This document shows, piece after piece, positions 37,374-49,288 of a stretch of 64,000 nt of DNA (position 1 is its first letter; every line of letters begins with the position of its first letter). Made by a program: the position numbers and the translations under genes. The notes below the pieces were generated by a model that searched no databases, was not told the DNA's origin, and saw only the letters and a list, made by a program, of their open reading frames with translations. The DNA comes from Somniosus microcephalus (lineage: Eukaryota). The stretch lies in NCBI GenBank assembly GCA_052327205.1, contig CM126224.1:39990001-40054000 (forward strand), in the 5' to 3' direction.

Positions 37374-39558
37374 GTGAGCCTTGATACCACCTTTCAACTT
37401 TTATTAATCAGCGGTTCCCAGATAAAATAATGATGCTGACAGAGTCAGCCGCTCATAATCAACTCTTGTGGCTCTTCTTCAAAGCTAACGCAATTGTAAA
37501 AGCTTTATCTCTTTCAAGAACAAAAAAAAACCAACAAATTTGACCGTGCGGAACAGAGGGATACAAACCAAAGGCCCCAGGTTCAATTTGCAGTCTGTGC
37601 TGAGCTAGCTGACCTCAGCCAAGTGTAACATCTTGGGGGCTACGATTGATTTTAATGCCCCGAGCTGGGTATGAGGATGGGAAAAATTAAATCTCGAGTC
37701 TCGGCCCCAGCTCCCAATAGCTCTCCAGCGAGTCTTGTTGGGGAAAATATGCTTCAACAGTTGCTGTTGAGGATGGAATGAGGCTCTGCTGTAATGGCCT
37801 CTGTAGACAACCAACCAGTGAACACCCGTTGTTCATTCAGCATGAAAAATGGCTGCTCGGGAGGGATCCTGGTATCCACGGTACCTAACCCTCATATGAG
37901 TAGGTGAGAGGAGGGGAGGAAAGGGAGAAAATTGTCGAGGGGGGGGTGGGGGAACAAATTAGTGAAAAGTAAACACAAGCTCCATGTACAGAATCTTCTA
38001 GAAAGGAATTTGAAATGTTCGTTTTGATCTGTGAAAACATTTGGTCCAAATTGTCTTTTAGATATCAGGTGATAAGAAAAAATGCGTTATGCAATTAGAA
38101 GGTATGTGCACCTCAGTGAAGTTACCATTTAGTTAGTGGGTCAACAAGAGCTGCAGAAAGGGCAGATTGTGGACTCCAAGATTTATTGATAACACAGATG
38201 AGTGAACTGAAGGCATGAAAGCGTTGGAATGTGAATGGAAGGTTACCTTTTATGAGCTGTGATCTGCTTCTATTTCCATCTCATTAGTTAGAGTAGTGTT
38301 ACCTTCTACACTTGTAGTCAGTGTAAAAAGAATCCATAACCTTTGATTTCAGTTGGGCAGATAACACATGGAAATGGACCTCTAAGATAACTAATGTTTT
38401 AAAGTTTGCCGCTGTGTGCAGCTTATAGTATTCAGCTTTTGAAAATAACGTCTTTCGTGTAAGAATTTGAATTTGAAAGAGAAGGAGCATGCAGGAAAGT
38501 ACCTTCAATGGGCCGATTTACATAAAATCCATAATGTCAGCAGACTGCATTCAATTAAACAGGAATGTTTCCCTTTTGGCTTAGAAGGTAAAACTGCATG
38601 GTTTGCTGCTGAGTTGTACAGGCCAGTAAGGTGCAGCCTTCACTGTGGAATTTGTCGGTGTGTTAGAACCGACCTCGGTGCCACTGGGCTAGGAACAGTA
38701 AAAAATCAGTCAGTTTTCCACCCCGGATCACTACCTATATGCAGGATACACAGGATCAGGCTCAGTTGGGGTGTCCTCAATGGTTGAATACTATGCCATC
38801 ATTCACTGCTCACCGTCTAGCGTCATTTATGAAGAATGGTCCCCTTTGGCAAGGTACCGATGGGCAGCTGGTTCCCTTTGAACATATCATTGGCTTCGGG
38901 GGGGGGGGGGGTGTGCGGTTAGGCAGTGTCTTGTCGTGATGCTCTGGCCATCATGAGTGTGGGGATGGCTTGATGGACCAGTTTGGTCTTTTCCTGCCCA
39001 TCATTTTCAGGGGAGCAGAGGAGATAAAGAAACACAATTATTCTACACTGGCCTATTTCAATGGAACTGATGATTTCTTAGCAGGTATTGACAACTTTCT
39101 GAATATTGACCAATTCTGGAATTTCTGGTAGGTTCACGAATCCAGACAACTTATCTGATGATTACTCCAGGATTTGTCAGCACTGTGTAAACACACATAT
39201 TTTCCGTGTTTAAGGACTGACCACAATCAAATGATTTGATCTCACAAAGACCAAACTACTGAATAAGCAACGGCCTTCCATTTCCACAGATAACACAATG
39301 AATATTCAGTATGACAGCATTCCTACTAATCAGTCTTTTCTATTAAATTGTACCAGTCATATTTTCCTCAAAGCCCCAGGGCTAGGGAGGGGAAAATAAT
39401 TAGCATGGGCTGGCACTCCCGATCATTTAAAGTGACTTCTGCTTGTGTGTGTGCATACATATCACGTGTAGACATGATTGGGCCAGACTGCAATTCCCCG
39501 TGATTGAAGAGTCTGCTGACTGATACTCCCTTTCTAAGGTCACAAATTAAGAATGGTA

Positions 39559-39698
39559 CAAAAAGAAAATACTGCAAATGCTGGAAATCTGAAATAAAAA
39601 CAGAAAATGCTGGAGATACTCAGCAGGCCAGGCAGCATCTGTGAAGAGAGAAACAGAGTTAACGTTTCAGGTCGATGACCTTTTGTCAGAACTGGAAG
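39559..39698 (-). mobile_element. Penelope-like terminal repeat, solo copy
   Basis: Same family sequence; perfect 14-bp TSD aattaagaatggta at 39545-39558 and 39699-39712. Confidence 0.88.
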
Positions 39699-40109
39699 AA
39701 TTAAGAATGGTAATTTGGCTGAGGTACCCGAATGTGTGACAACACCAACCGCGTGCAAACCAAATACTGTATGGGGTAAAAACCAGCATCAGGAGAGGAA
39801 GGAAGTAAAAAGAGCTGGGACTGTTTTTGAGGGTACGGCAGTCAATGACCTTTGAATGAGGCAGTTAATGATTGTATATAACTGTAAGGCTCCCAGTACA
39901 ATGCTGTTAGTGATAGAGTTCATTGAGATCAATAAATAATGAGTGAGGTAACGGATACTATGGTAGGTGAAAATGCAAAGCTACCATGATGGAAATCCAA
40001 CCCGCCTCAGGTCCCCAGATAACATTTTCCATATTTAAACGAATGAATGTACTTTTTTGTAAATGTGCAAAGAAAGTATCAGTTAAATTTCTATTTTTGT
40101 AATGTAAGA

Positions 40110-40563
40110 AATTTATATAGCGCCTTTCACGACCACCGGACGCCTCAAAATGCTTTACAGTCAATGAAGTACTTTTTTGAAGTGGAGTCACTGTTGTAAT
40201 GTGGGAAATGCGGCAGCCAATTTACGCACAGCAAGCTCCCACAAACAGCAATGTGATAATGACCAGATAATCTGTTTGTTATGTTGGTTGAGGGATAAAT
40301 ATTGGCCAGGGCACTGGGGAGAACTCCCCTGCTCTTCTTCGAAATAGTGCCATGGGATCTTTTACGTCCACCTGAGAGAGCAGACGGGGCCTCGGTTTAA
40401 CGTCTCATCCGAAAGACGGCACCTCCGACCGTGCAGCACTCCCTCAGCACTACAATGGAGTGTCAGCCTAGCTTTATATGCTCAATGCCTAGAGTGGGAC
40501 TTGAACCCACAACCTTCTGACTCAGAGGCGAGTGTGCTACAATCTGAGCCACAGCTGACACCA
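40110..40563 (-). mobile_element. Full-length tRNA-derived DeuSINE (SacSINE1-like)
   Basis: Minus-strand 5' end ggtgtcagctgtggctcag...gggttcaagtcccac has A and B boxes; central body ggaggtgccgtctttcggatgagacgttaaaccgaggcccc; L2-like 3' tail gcgctatataaat. Confidence 0.85.
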
Positions 40564-40704
40564 AACCTGGAAATTAATATTTGCAAGATTAGTGTTTGAC
40601 TGCTGAACTCCAAAATACAAACAGGTTAATGCCTCAGTTAAAATATCAAACATTTGAACTCATTGAGCACTCATGGATTGATATTACAAACACTAATTTC
40701 CCAT

Positions 40705-41106
40705 AATAACAAAAGAAAACGCTGGAAAAACTTAGCAGGCCAGGCAGCATCCGTGGAGAGAGAAACAGGGTTAATGTTTCAGGTCGAAGACCCTTCGTCA
40801 GAACTGGAAAAAAGCAGGAAATAGAATAGATTTTAAAGCAAGTGGGGGCTGGGAAAAGGGGGTGGAAGAATAAAAGGGAAGGTCAGTGATAGGATAGAAA
40901 GCAGGAGAGATTAAGAGACATTGAGAGACATTAAGAGATATTCAAGGCAAGAGGAGGTGGTAATGGGACAGATTAAGGAACAAAGGATGGCTTTAGATGG
41001 AGTGTGAATTGCGCTGGCAGAATGAAGGACAGCTGCCACGTGGGAGGGAAAAAATATATATATGTGATAGAGGCCGAGGTTATGATCTGAAGTATTTTGC
41101 TATTGT
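40705..41106 (-). mobile_element. Penelope-like 3' fragment with a short inverted tail
   Basis: Terminal repeat plus purine-rich 3' UTR up to the ORF stop (ttatgatctgaa), then inverted tail gtattttgctattgt. TSD actaatttcc at 40692-40701 and 41107-41116. Confidence 0.8.
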
Positions 41107-41169
41107 ACTAATTTCCATGTTAAGTTTTTGGAGACCAGAGATACAGTGGTAGAAAAATTGCTCATCAAA

Positions 41170-41500
41170 TCTCTGTAACCTCCTCCAGCCCTACAAGCCT
41201 TCGAGAGCTCTGCGTTCCTCGAATTCTGGCATCTTGTGCACCCCTGATTTTAATCACTCCACCATTGGCAGCCGTGCTTTCAGCTGCCTGGGTCCTAAGC
41301 TCTGGAATTCCCTCCCTAAACCTCTCCACCTCTCTACCCCTCTCTCCTCCTTTAAGATGCTCTTTAAAACTTACCTCATCTGTCCTGATATCTCCTTCTT
41401 TGGCTCTGTGTCAAATTTTGATTGATAACGCTCTTGTGAAGCGTCTTGGGACATTTTTCTACATTAAGGTGCTATACAAATGCAAGTTTTTGTTGAATGC
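41170..41500 (+). mobile_element. L2 LINE 3' fragment (a more decayed minus-strand L2 follows at ~41770-42170)
   Basis: Peptide-like GSRAFSCLGPKLWNSLP...FKMLFKTYL and the gctatacaaatgcaag tail. Confidence 0.8.
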
Positions 41501-42289
41501 ATTACCTGACATCCAGTCCTGACCTTCCACTACTGCTTCCCTTCCACATGCACCCAACATAGATATTTCTTTGAGGGGCAAGTGCCATCATCAATCCTGA
41601 AGCTGTTACGTATTATTCTTCCCAAGACCAGTGGTAGCAATTCCCTCTCGGATATGTCCGCTCTCCCCCACCATGTTCTTCCCAAGGTCACCATTTCCCC
41701 CCCCCCCACGACCCCTTTCTGCAAAATGCCTTTCTGACGAGCACTTGTTTTGGCTCACACAAATGCAATAACAACAACATTTATGTCATGCCTTTAGTTC
41801 AGAGAAACATCCCAAGGTGCTTCACTGTGCTGCAATCAGACAAAAATAGGCACTTAGCCAGAGACCTTAATATTAGGGGTGTGGTAATGAGAAGTGTGGT
41901 CAAAGAGGTGGATTTTATAATGCTCTTAATGGAGGAAAGGGAGGTGGAAAGGTGCAGGGCATTTAGAGAAAGAATTCCAGTGCACGAGGCATAGACGGCT
42001 GAAGGGACATCTGCCAATTGTGTGATGAAGGGACTGGGGTTGCACGAGGTCAGAGTCAGAGGAATGGAGCATTGTGGAGGTGGCTTGTGGGGCTGGAGGA
42101 GGTTATAGAGATAGGGAGGGGCACGAATTTTAAATTGAAGGCATTGGAAGATCAGGAGCCAATGTTGGGCAGGAGTAATGGATGCAAGTCACAAACAAAC
42201 ATAGGATGTGTTTCCAAAACATGGGTAGTTTGCCGCCATAGATAAAGTGGAAAAGTTAACCTGGGCTGCTCATACCAGCCTATTGATTG

Positions 42290-42382
42290 TTATTTAAGAG
42301 CTGGAAATACTCCGCAGGTCAGGCAGCTTCGAGGAGAGAGAAACAGAGTCAAGGTTTCAGGTCGATGACCTTTCGTCAGAAG
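42290..42382 (-). mobile_element. Penelope-like terminal repeat fragment
   Basis: gctggaaatactccgcaggtcaggcagc...tttcaggtcgatgacctttcgtcagaa. Confidence 0.75.
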
Positions 42383-45382
42383 TTTAGAAATTCTAAACCA
42401 TTTCGTTATATGTGGGTAGGCAAGTTTGTGACACTTGGTGCGCTGTTGTTTAGTGGAGGCATTAGGAAAGACGAATACAGTGTGAATCAGCAAAGAAGTA
42501 CGTGTATGCATCATTTGGGTCATATCAATGTAAAATACAAGAATGTTAGTTGTAGTAGTATAGAAACGTGGCTGAGCTGTGCCTTCCATAGTGGTCCAGC
42601 TCATTAGGGCACTGGGTAACTGAGCCATGCCGATGAGGAAAGTATCAGGCTCCATCCTGGTCTTTATCAAGTTAGCTGAACTCGGTCAGGGAAGTAGCAA
42701 GGACACTAATTGGCCTCAGCACCCAAAATTAGGAAGAGGAAAATTGGCCAGAGTTCTCACTCCTGATTGTGATCCCAGAAATCCTTCCTTTGAAATGTTT
42801 GCATGTGGGTGTTGGGCGAGAACAGCACTGGACTTTGCAATATGCTGAGCCCAATTTTCAGCAGAGGTTTGTTGGAAAGTGATCAGGATTGGGAACCCTG
42901 GCTGATCTTCCTTCTTGCTAGCCCAGGAGAATTCAGGCTAATAAGTAGCTTCTCAACTGCTACCCTGGCCAAGATTAGCGAATTGCATCCCAGACCTAGG
43001 ACATGCTTGGTCTATATGTCTTGCATCCATAACACATGCTGCTCCCTTTACTCCCCGTGGATGAACAGAGTGCTGAGACCGAAGCAGCAAACAAACTGGA
43101 CTGATCCCAGAGCTTTCATGATATCAAGTAATTCAGCCAAACCAAAACTAGACTGAAGTGTAGCCCATGACTATGCCTTCATGTGCAGTGCGAACACCTT
43201 TCTGACTGAATTGGAGATTCTGGACCTCGGAACGATTGACGTCGGGCCTTGTAGTCCTCCCTCTGTCTCAAAACTGCATCGCATTTAATAACCTGCTATT
43301 ATGATGCTTTTTGTTGTAATATCTCCAGTAAGCACTCAAGAAAATGCGGATCATTTGGTGCAGAAGCTGTGCTTTTGTTTCCGAGGGGAACCTAATGTGA
43401 CACTTAGTGAATTTTTTCCCCCTCCTAAGAACAGCAAATTAATTTGCACCATTAAGGCGCAGACCACCGAGAGAGGTGGTAACCTTTACTTAAACTCCCA
43501 ATTTTTTCTCCATGATTGCCAATTGCGACGGTACAAATACCTCACTAAAATGGGTCCCTTTACACAATTGCAATTACGCTGGGGCTGATTGAAGGCTCAG
43601 CCTTTACCACTTTGTATTGCTCAGCAGGAGAGCCCAAACCTTCAATCAGGGAGGTTTCCCCAAGGTCTTAGTGTCTGCTTCATTCAAACATATTGGGGCA
43701 AATTTAGTGTGTTGAAGTGGAGAGCGTTCCCAGTTTCAACAGACGCTGCTTTGTTGGTACTCAATTTGAACTGGGCACCCTCGCTAGTACGCTCACAGAC
43801 ATGCTGCATTTCATTAATGTCCTTTAGGGAAGGAAACCTGCTGTCCTTACCTGATCTGGCCTAGATGCGACTCCGGTCCAACACCAACATGGTTGAATCT
43901 TGAATGCCCTCTGAAGTGGCCTAGCAAGCCAGTCAGTTGTACCAAACCGCCATATAGTGGTTCAAGAAGGCGGCCCACCACCACCTTCTCAGGGCAACTA
44001 GGGATGGGCAATCAATGCCGGCCTTGCCGGTGTTGCCAACATCCTGAGAATGAATCATTTTTCATTCATTACCATGTGTATCAGCCACAGAGCGTGTCAT
44101 GCTGTGCAGGGTGAGACCAGACAAGACGACAAGACAGGAGAATTGAAGCAGTAAGTCCCAAGGCATTGTTGCCTTAGGTGAGTGTTGTTGACTGTGCAGT
44201 TATCCCCCTCTCAGTGGCACTCTTCAGACACAATTTCCATTGAAGTAACAGCTTTGCTTTCCAAGACTTTTGTGGGTTGTGTGTCATCTGATCAAATGCC
44301 TCCCCCTGTGGCCGACTAAACACGTTGGCGTGGATTTTGACTTTGTGCAATAGGTCAATGAGCAATAGGGAGTCAGCAGCCTGCTTTATATCTCTGCCGA
44401 TTATTATTTCCATGAGGAAATAAGATGTGCCCTATTGAGCCACTTCAGTGTATCAGTGTATTTGCACTGTGACGCAAAATCATGTCATGACTCAACCACA
44501 TAGGTGCATGGGACTGGATCAGCACCAAGTTCCCAGAGTCGGTACATTTTTACATGAAGGGAAATTATCTGACTCTAAATTGCATGATCTCCATTGCCAG
44601 CAACAATGCACCATGATATCGCAGGATGTAAAGTCATGATGTTGGGATGCTTTGCGCATGGTTTCTGATTTTGTAACTGGCCTCCAATGGGCCTACACAG
44701 AGACTGGAACCAGATAGCAGTGTAACTGCAGGAGAATGGCCCACGCAGGTTGGGTCTGCGTTACTGTTCTTGGAATTAATCTAAAGATAAAACTACCTCA
44801 ATTGAAATGACGCCCATGAAGAGCTGATGTTTTATCCCACCCAAGTAAGGTAATTCATAAACTATGGTAGCCAAAATCAGCAAAAAAGTGACTCAGCTTG
44901 GCATTACACCTCAGCAGTAGCACCATTCATTGCAAGTGTTGTCTTGAAGTCAGCATGCAGCACTTCCTCTCTATTGCATTGCAGTATGTACACTCTAACA
45001 TGTGTGGTGTACAATGCAATGTAACCAAAGAACAACCACAATAAAAAAAGGGAAAAACAATAGAATGAGAAAATCTATACAGAATAAAACGGTTATGATA
45101 CATTCGTGTCATGACACATAGTCCCCGATGAAATGAAATTGTACTGCCCACAGTATTTGCAGACATTTGTGATTTGTACAGATTTGTACAGATTGCTTAT
45201 GGCTCAATGGTGTGATTTGCTTCTGCATCATAACCATAACCAACTTGTGGCAAAACAAAGGATCCCACTGAAAGCCCTTTGGGATGTTCTGTTTTTGCAC
45301 TACTCAGATCCTCCTTCTCACTGAGCCAGTCGCTGCTTGTTTATATCCAGCCTAGAGCAACCAATACTTGGAGCTGGACTGG

Positions 45383-46542
45383 TTCTCAAGAATATGACAA
45401 AACCCTTAACAAGTGAGCAGTTTGGAATAATCAAACTCCGATAAGATCGTCTATTGGATCCTAAATCATCCAAGACTTAGACATGGGAATAAAATTAGCC
45501 TTTTAAAAAACTTAGCGATTTGTCTTACAGTTTTTAATTCTGAGTAAGGTGGCACTGCTCTCGTTCTGAGATCAGTCTCAGCAATGGGGAGTTATCATTC
45601 CAGGGTTACTCTGAGGAACAAAATGCTGTTCTCATTCTCTTTACTCTGAGTAAAAGGGTGCAGTTCTCATTCAGATATTCCTCAGAGTAATTGGGAGCTT
45701 TCTCATTCCAAGGTTACTCTCAGTAACTGGGTGCTATCGTCATGCGGAGCCTATTCTGAATAACGATAAACTGGTCTCATTCTGCAATGACTCAGAGTAA
45801 CAACAACAACTTGACTTTATAACGCGCTGTTAACATAGTAAAATGTTCCAAGGTGCTCCACGTGAGTGTTTTCAGACAAAAATTGACACCAAAGAAGGAG
45901 ACATAACAGAACAATGTTCTCATTGTGACCAACCTTTACTTTAGCATTGAAAATGAGAACTCGACTATCTTTTTGCAAAGCCTTTAACGGTCCTAATCTA
46001 GGAGTGATAATAAGACAATTCTGATACGATCACAAGCTCCTCAAAGGAACAATTTCACAATTTTTTGCTGAGGTGGGATAAAGGGGCGGGAAGAGTTCAG
46101 AGAAACTTCGCACCTGGATAACAGAAAGCAGCTCACTTCAAAACCAAGCCGACAAGGCCACAAGATCCGTTCTGGCATAAATACTCAAGCTGCAGTTTCC
46201 CCGATAGTCTTAAATGATGTAAAAAAACTAATTTGTGACAGCGCACCCCGTTTGTGCCGTGGTGACTTAATTAAAGGCACATTTACTCAGAGTAAAGAGA
46301 ATGAGAACAGCATTTTGTTCCTCAGAGTAACCCTGGAATGATAACTCCCCATTGCTGAGACTGATCTCAGAACGAGAGCAGTGCCACCTTACTCAGAATT
46401 AAAAACTGTAAGACAAATCGCTAAGTTTGTTTAAAGGCTAATTTTATCCCCATGTCTAAGTCTTGGATGATTTCGGATGCAATAGATGATCTTATTATTC
46501 CAAACTGCTCACTTGTCAAGGGTTTGGTCATATTCTTGAGAA
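45383..46542. repeat. Long inverted repeat with arms 45383-45654 and 46282-46542
   Basis: Arms are reverse complements. The inner ~145 bp appear identical; the outer part has scattered substitutions and one ~11-bp indel. Confidence 0.95.
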
Positions 46543-46678
46543 TATGTTGCACAGTGAGCTGTAGCTTAAATACAGTAAATCATCCGGCAGGATTTCATTA
46601 CAGTGGAAACACCTCCACAATGACCACAAATCCATCTGGTCCCACTGACGTAATTAGATTTGGGTTTTGACAGTGGTA

Positions 46679-46936
46679 CAGGTTGAACCCCGGTAATCCG
46701 GCACCCGACGGTCCGGCACCTTCAGTGGTCTGGCACGAATTGAAACCGGCGGTCTTTAGTTTGCAGAGCAGCCGCTCGGCGGCGCCACCGTTTCCCGCGA
46801 TATAAACAAACATAATATTGTACCTAATAATATTGTTATTTTAGGTGTTATTTACCTAACCTTCAGTGGTTCGGAATTTTCAATGGTCCGGCACCGGCCT
46901 GGTCCCGAGGGTGCCGGATTACCAGGGTTCAACCTG
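46679..46936. mobile_element. Tc1/mariner (Tigger/pogo-type) MITE
   Basis: 28-bp TIR CAGGTTGAACCC(C/T)GGTAATCCGGCACCC with TA on both sides (46677-46678 and 46937-46938). Confidence 0.92.
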
Positions 46937-47655
46937 TATACACACGCTTCACGTAGATGCGCTTTAGCAGTGATCTGAACAAGTGGCGTGTGTGAAAATG
47001 AGTTACGTACCTCTATTTCAAAGTATGGGGGTAGCCATACCACCAATTGCAGGTAATGACTTAATTGTCATCAACCTGTTGTGAATGGGTCCATCAAACC
47101 GGGGGGGTGGTGTTTGTGTCTTTAGTCACACATTACAAAATTTGAAAACAATATCCTGTTGTCTTTGGCAGCTCAGCGAAAAATTGTACTGGTTTCTTGT
47201 TTGTTGGCAGCGTAGAACTAAGTGTTTTGTCGCAGAGTGACGGGGCGGGGTGGGTTTTACTCATGGCATTCCACGTCTGGGAAGGCAGTAACCTCAGTAC
47301 CACCATTGCGGACGGCACTGAGAACTGGACAGGCATTCCGTAAGAACGGAGAGTGGCAAAGTGCCCGAGAGCGCCTCCTTGAGGCCTAGCTCAACAATTG
47401 AGTAGGCAGAGGCCTGGGAGCGGATTGTTTGCCTGTCGTGATCCCCTCCCTTCGCAACAAATGGAGTGTTGCCTGCAGTAGAGACAGAGCATAAAAGGAA
47501 GCAAGAGGATTAAGAAACTTAAATGGAGGCACAACGAATATTTTCCTTCTTTCCTGAAGATCGTGACTGATGCGTGATGTCAAAAGGACCATCATTTCTG
47601 CCTTACTGTCTGAGCCTAGACAGCAAGTGTTGGCAGGCTATTCGACTATGGTAAG

Positions 47656-47990
47656 CATAGAAACATAGAAACATAGAAGATAGGAGCAGGAGTAGGCCAT
47701 TCGGCCCTTCGAGCCTGCTCCGCCATTCAATGAGATCCATGGCTGATCATCCAAATTCAGTACCCTATCCCTGCCTTCTCCCCATATCCCTTGATCCCTT
47801 TAGCCTCAAGAAATATATCCAACTCCTTCTTGAATATATTTAATGAACTGGCCTCCACCGCCCTCTGTGGCAGAGAATTCCACAGGTTCACCACTCTCTG
47901 GGTGAAAAAATTCCTCCTCATTTCAGTCCTAAATGGCTTACCACTTATCCTTAGACTATGACCCCTGGTTCTGGACTCCCTGGCCAACAT
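47656..47990 (-). mobile_element. CR1 3' fragment inserted in an older SINE
   Basis: ESRTRGHSLRI...RRNFFTQRVVNLWNSLP; catagaaa-repeat tail. Confidence 0.9.
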
Positions 47991-48842
47991 GGACAATCAA
48001 ATCCTGTCCTCATCCAATGTCCACACATCCACTTTTTCCAGCAGGGGTCACTGGATGATGATTAGGAGCAAGAATCCCAGCTGATTTTTCTTTTCCTCTA
48101 TGTCCTGATGAGTTGAGCCAAGTGTAACATGCAAAGCGCTGATATAAGCTAACTTGGGACAGACATGGGTTGATGTCAGTACATCTTAGTGCAACACCAT
48201 GGATTGCAGTTCGACACAAGGCCAACAATATTCTTACCAATTTACCAAGAAAAAAAAATTCAGAAGCAGCAGTTTGCTTTTTAATTTTCATTTTTGGCTT
48301 TAATCAGCTGCTTGTTTCACTCGAAGTAGTTATTTCTCGCACTTAATGTTACAAAAATACTTTAATATTTAGGAAAAACAAGTTGGCTCTGCCAAACGTT
48401 GCCAGATATCTTAGCCAAGTAACTTCCTGTTTGGCAGCGCTTATGTGATTGTAGTCTAGGGTGACTGGATAAATGAATTCAAATATTGCTGCATCGATGT
48501 ACGATTGTAATTTGCAGTGCAGGGTGAAAGTGCCCAGTGCTGTGGGCTAGAACTCCAGGAATAGCATTGTTTACAACCAAATGCTGGCGGATGCATTTTG
48601 CATTATGTTGCATATCCCCAGCTGTTCTGCAACACTGCAAGAATTTTCTTTCCTTTTCTCTGGTAAATCCCTGTTTTGGTCACAGTGTATTCTGCATGGG
48701 CAGTAGAAATAAACTTTACTGAGGGCTTAATTACACAGTATGGAAGTGAGCCGCGCAGACCAATGAAGGTCCGAATATAATTCCCGATCTGTCCCAGGGC
48801 TCACCCAAGGTGGGGGCAAGGGGTGCTTACGTTTTTACATAA

Positions 48843-49288
48843 AATTACATACAAATGACAGCACAGAAACAGGCCATTCGGCCCAACTGGTCCGTGTTCC
48901 ATACGAGACTCCTCCCATCCCTTTTCATCTCACCAGCGTATTTTTATATTCCTTTCTCCCACTACTGTTTATCTAGCTTTCCTTTAAATGCACCTGTTAT
49001 TCAGCTCAGCTACTCCTTGTGGTAGCAAGTTCCACATTCTAACCACTCTGAGTAAAGAACTACCTTCTGAATTCTCGATTGGATTTATTGATGACTGATG
49101 TTTATTGGCCCCTAGTTTTGGACTCCCCCCACAAGTGGAATGATTTTCTTTACATCTACCCTATCAAACCCTTTCATAATCTTAAAGACCTCTATCAGGT
49201 CACCCCTGAGCCTTCTCTTTCTAGAGAATAGAGCCCCAGTCTGTTCAGCCTTTCCTGATAGCTATAACCTCTCAGTTATGGTGTCATC
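48843..49288 (-). mobile_element. CR1 3' fragment of a different subfamily
   Basis: acagcacagaaacaggccattcggccc tail, ttccacattctaaccactct and aggtcacccctgagccttct (RRLRGDL on the minus strand). Confidence 0.75.

Noticed and set aside
40490-40563. tRNA gene
   Set aside because: The A/B-box region is the head of a SINE and continues into the SINE body. The same applies at 8781 and 30871.
42600-43030. Inverted pair as another local duplication
   Set aside because: These are two independently diverged copies of an abundant SINE with low mutual identity.
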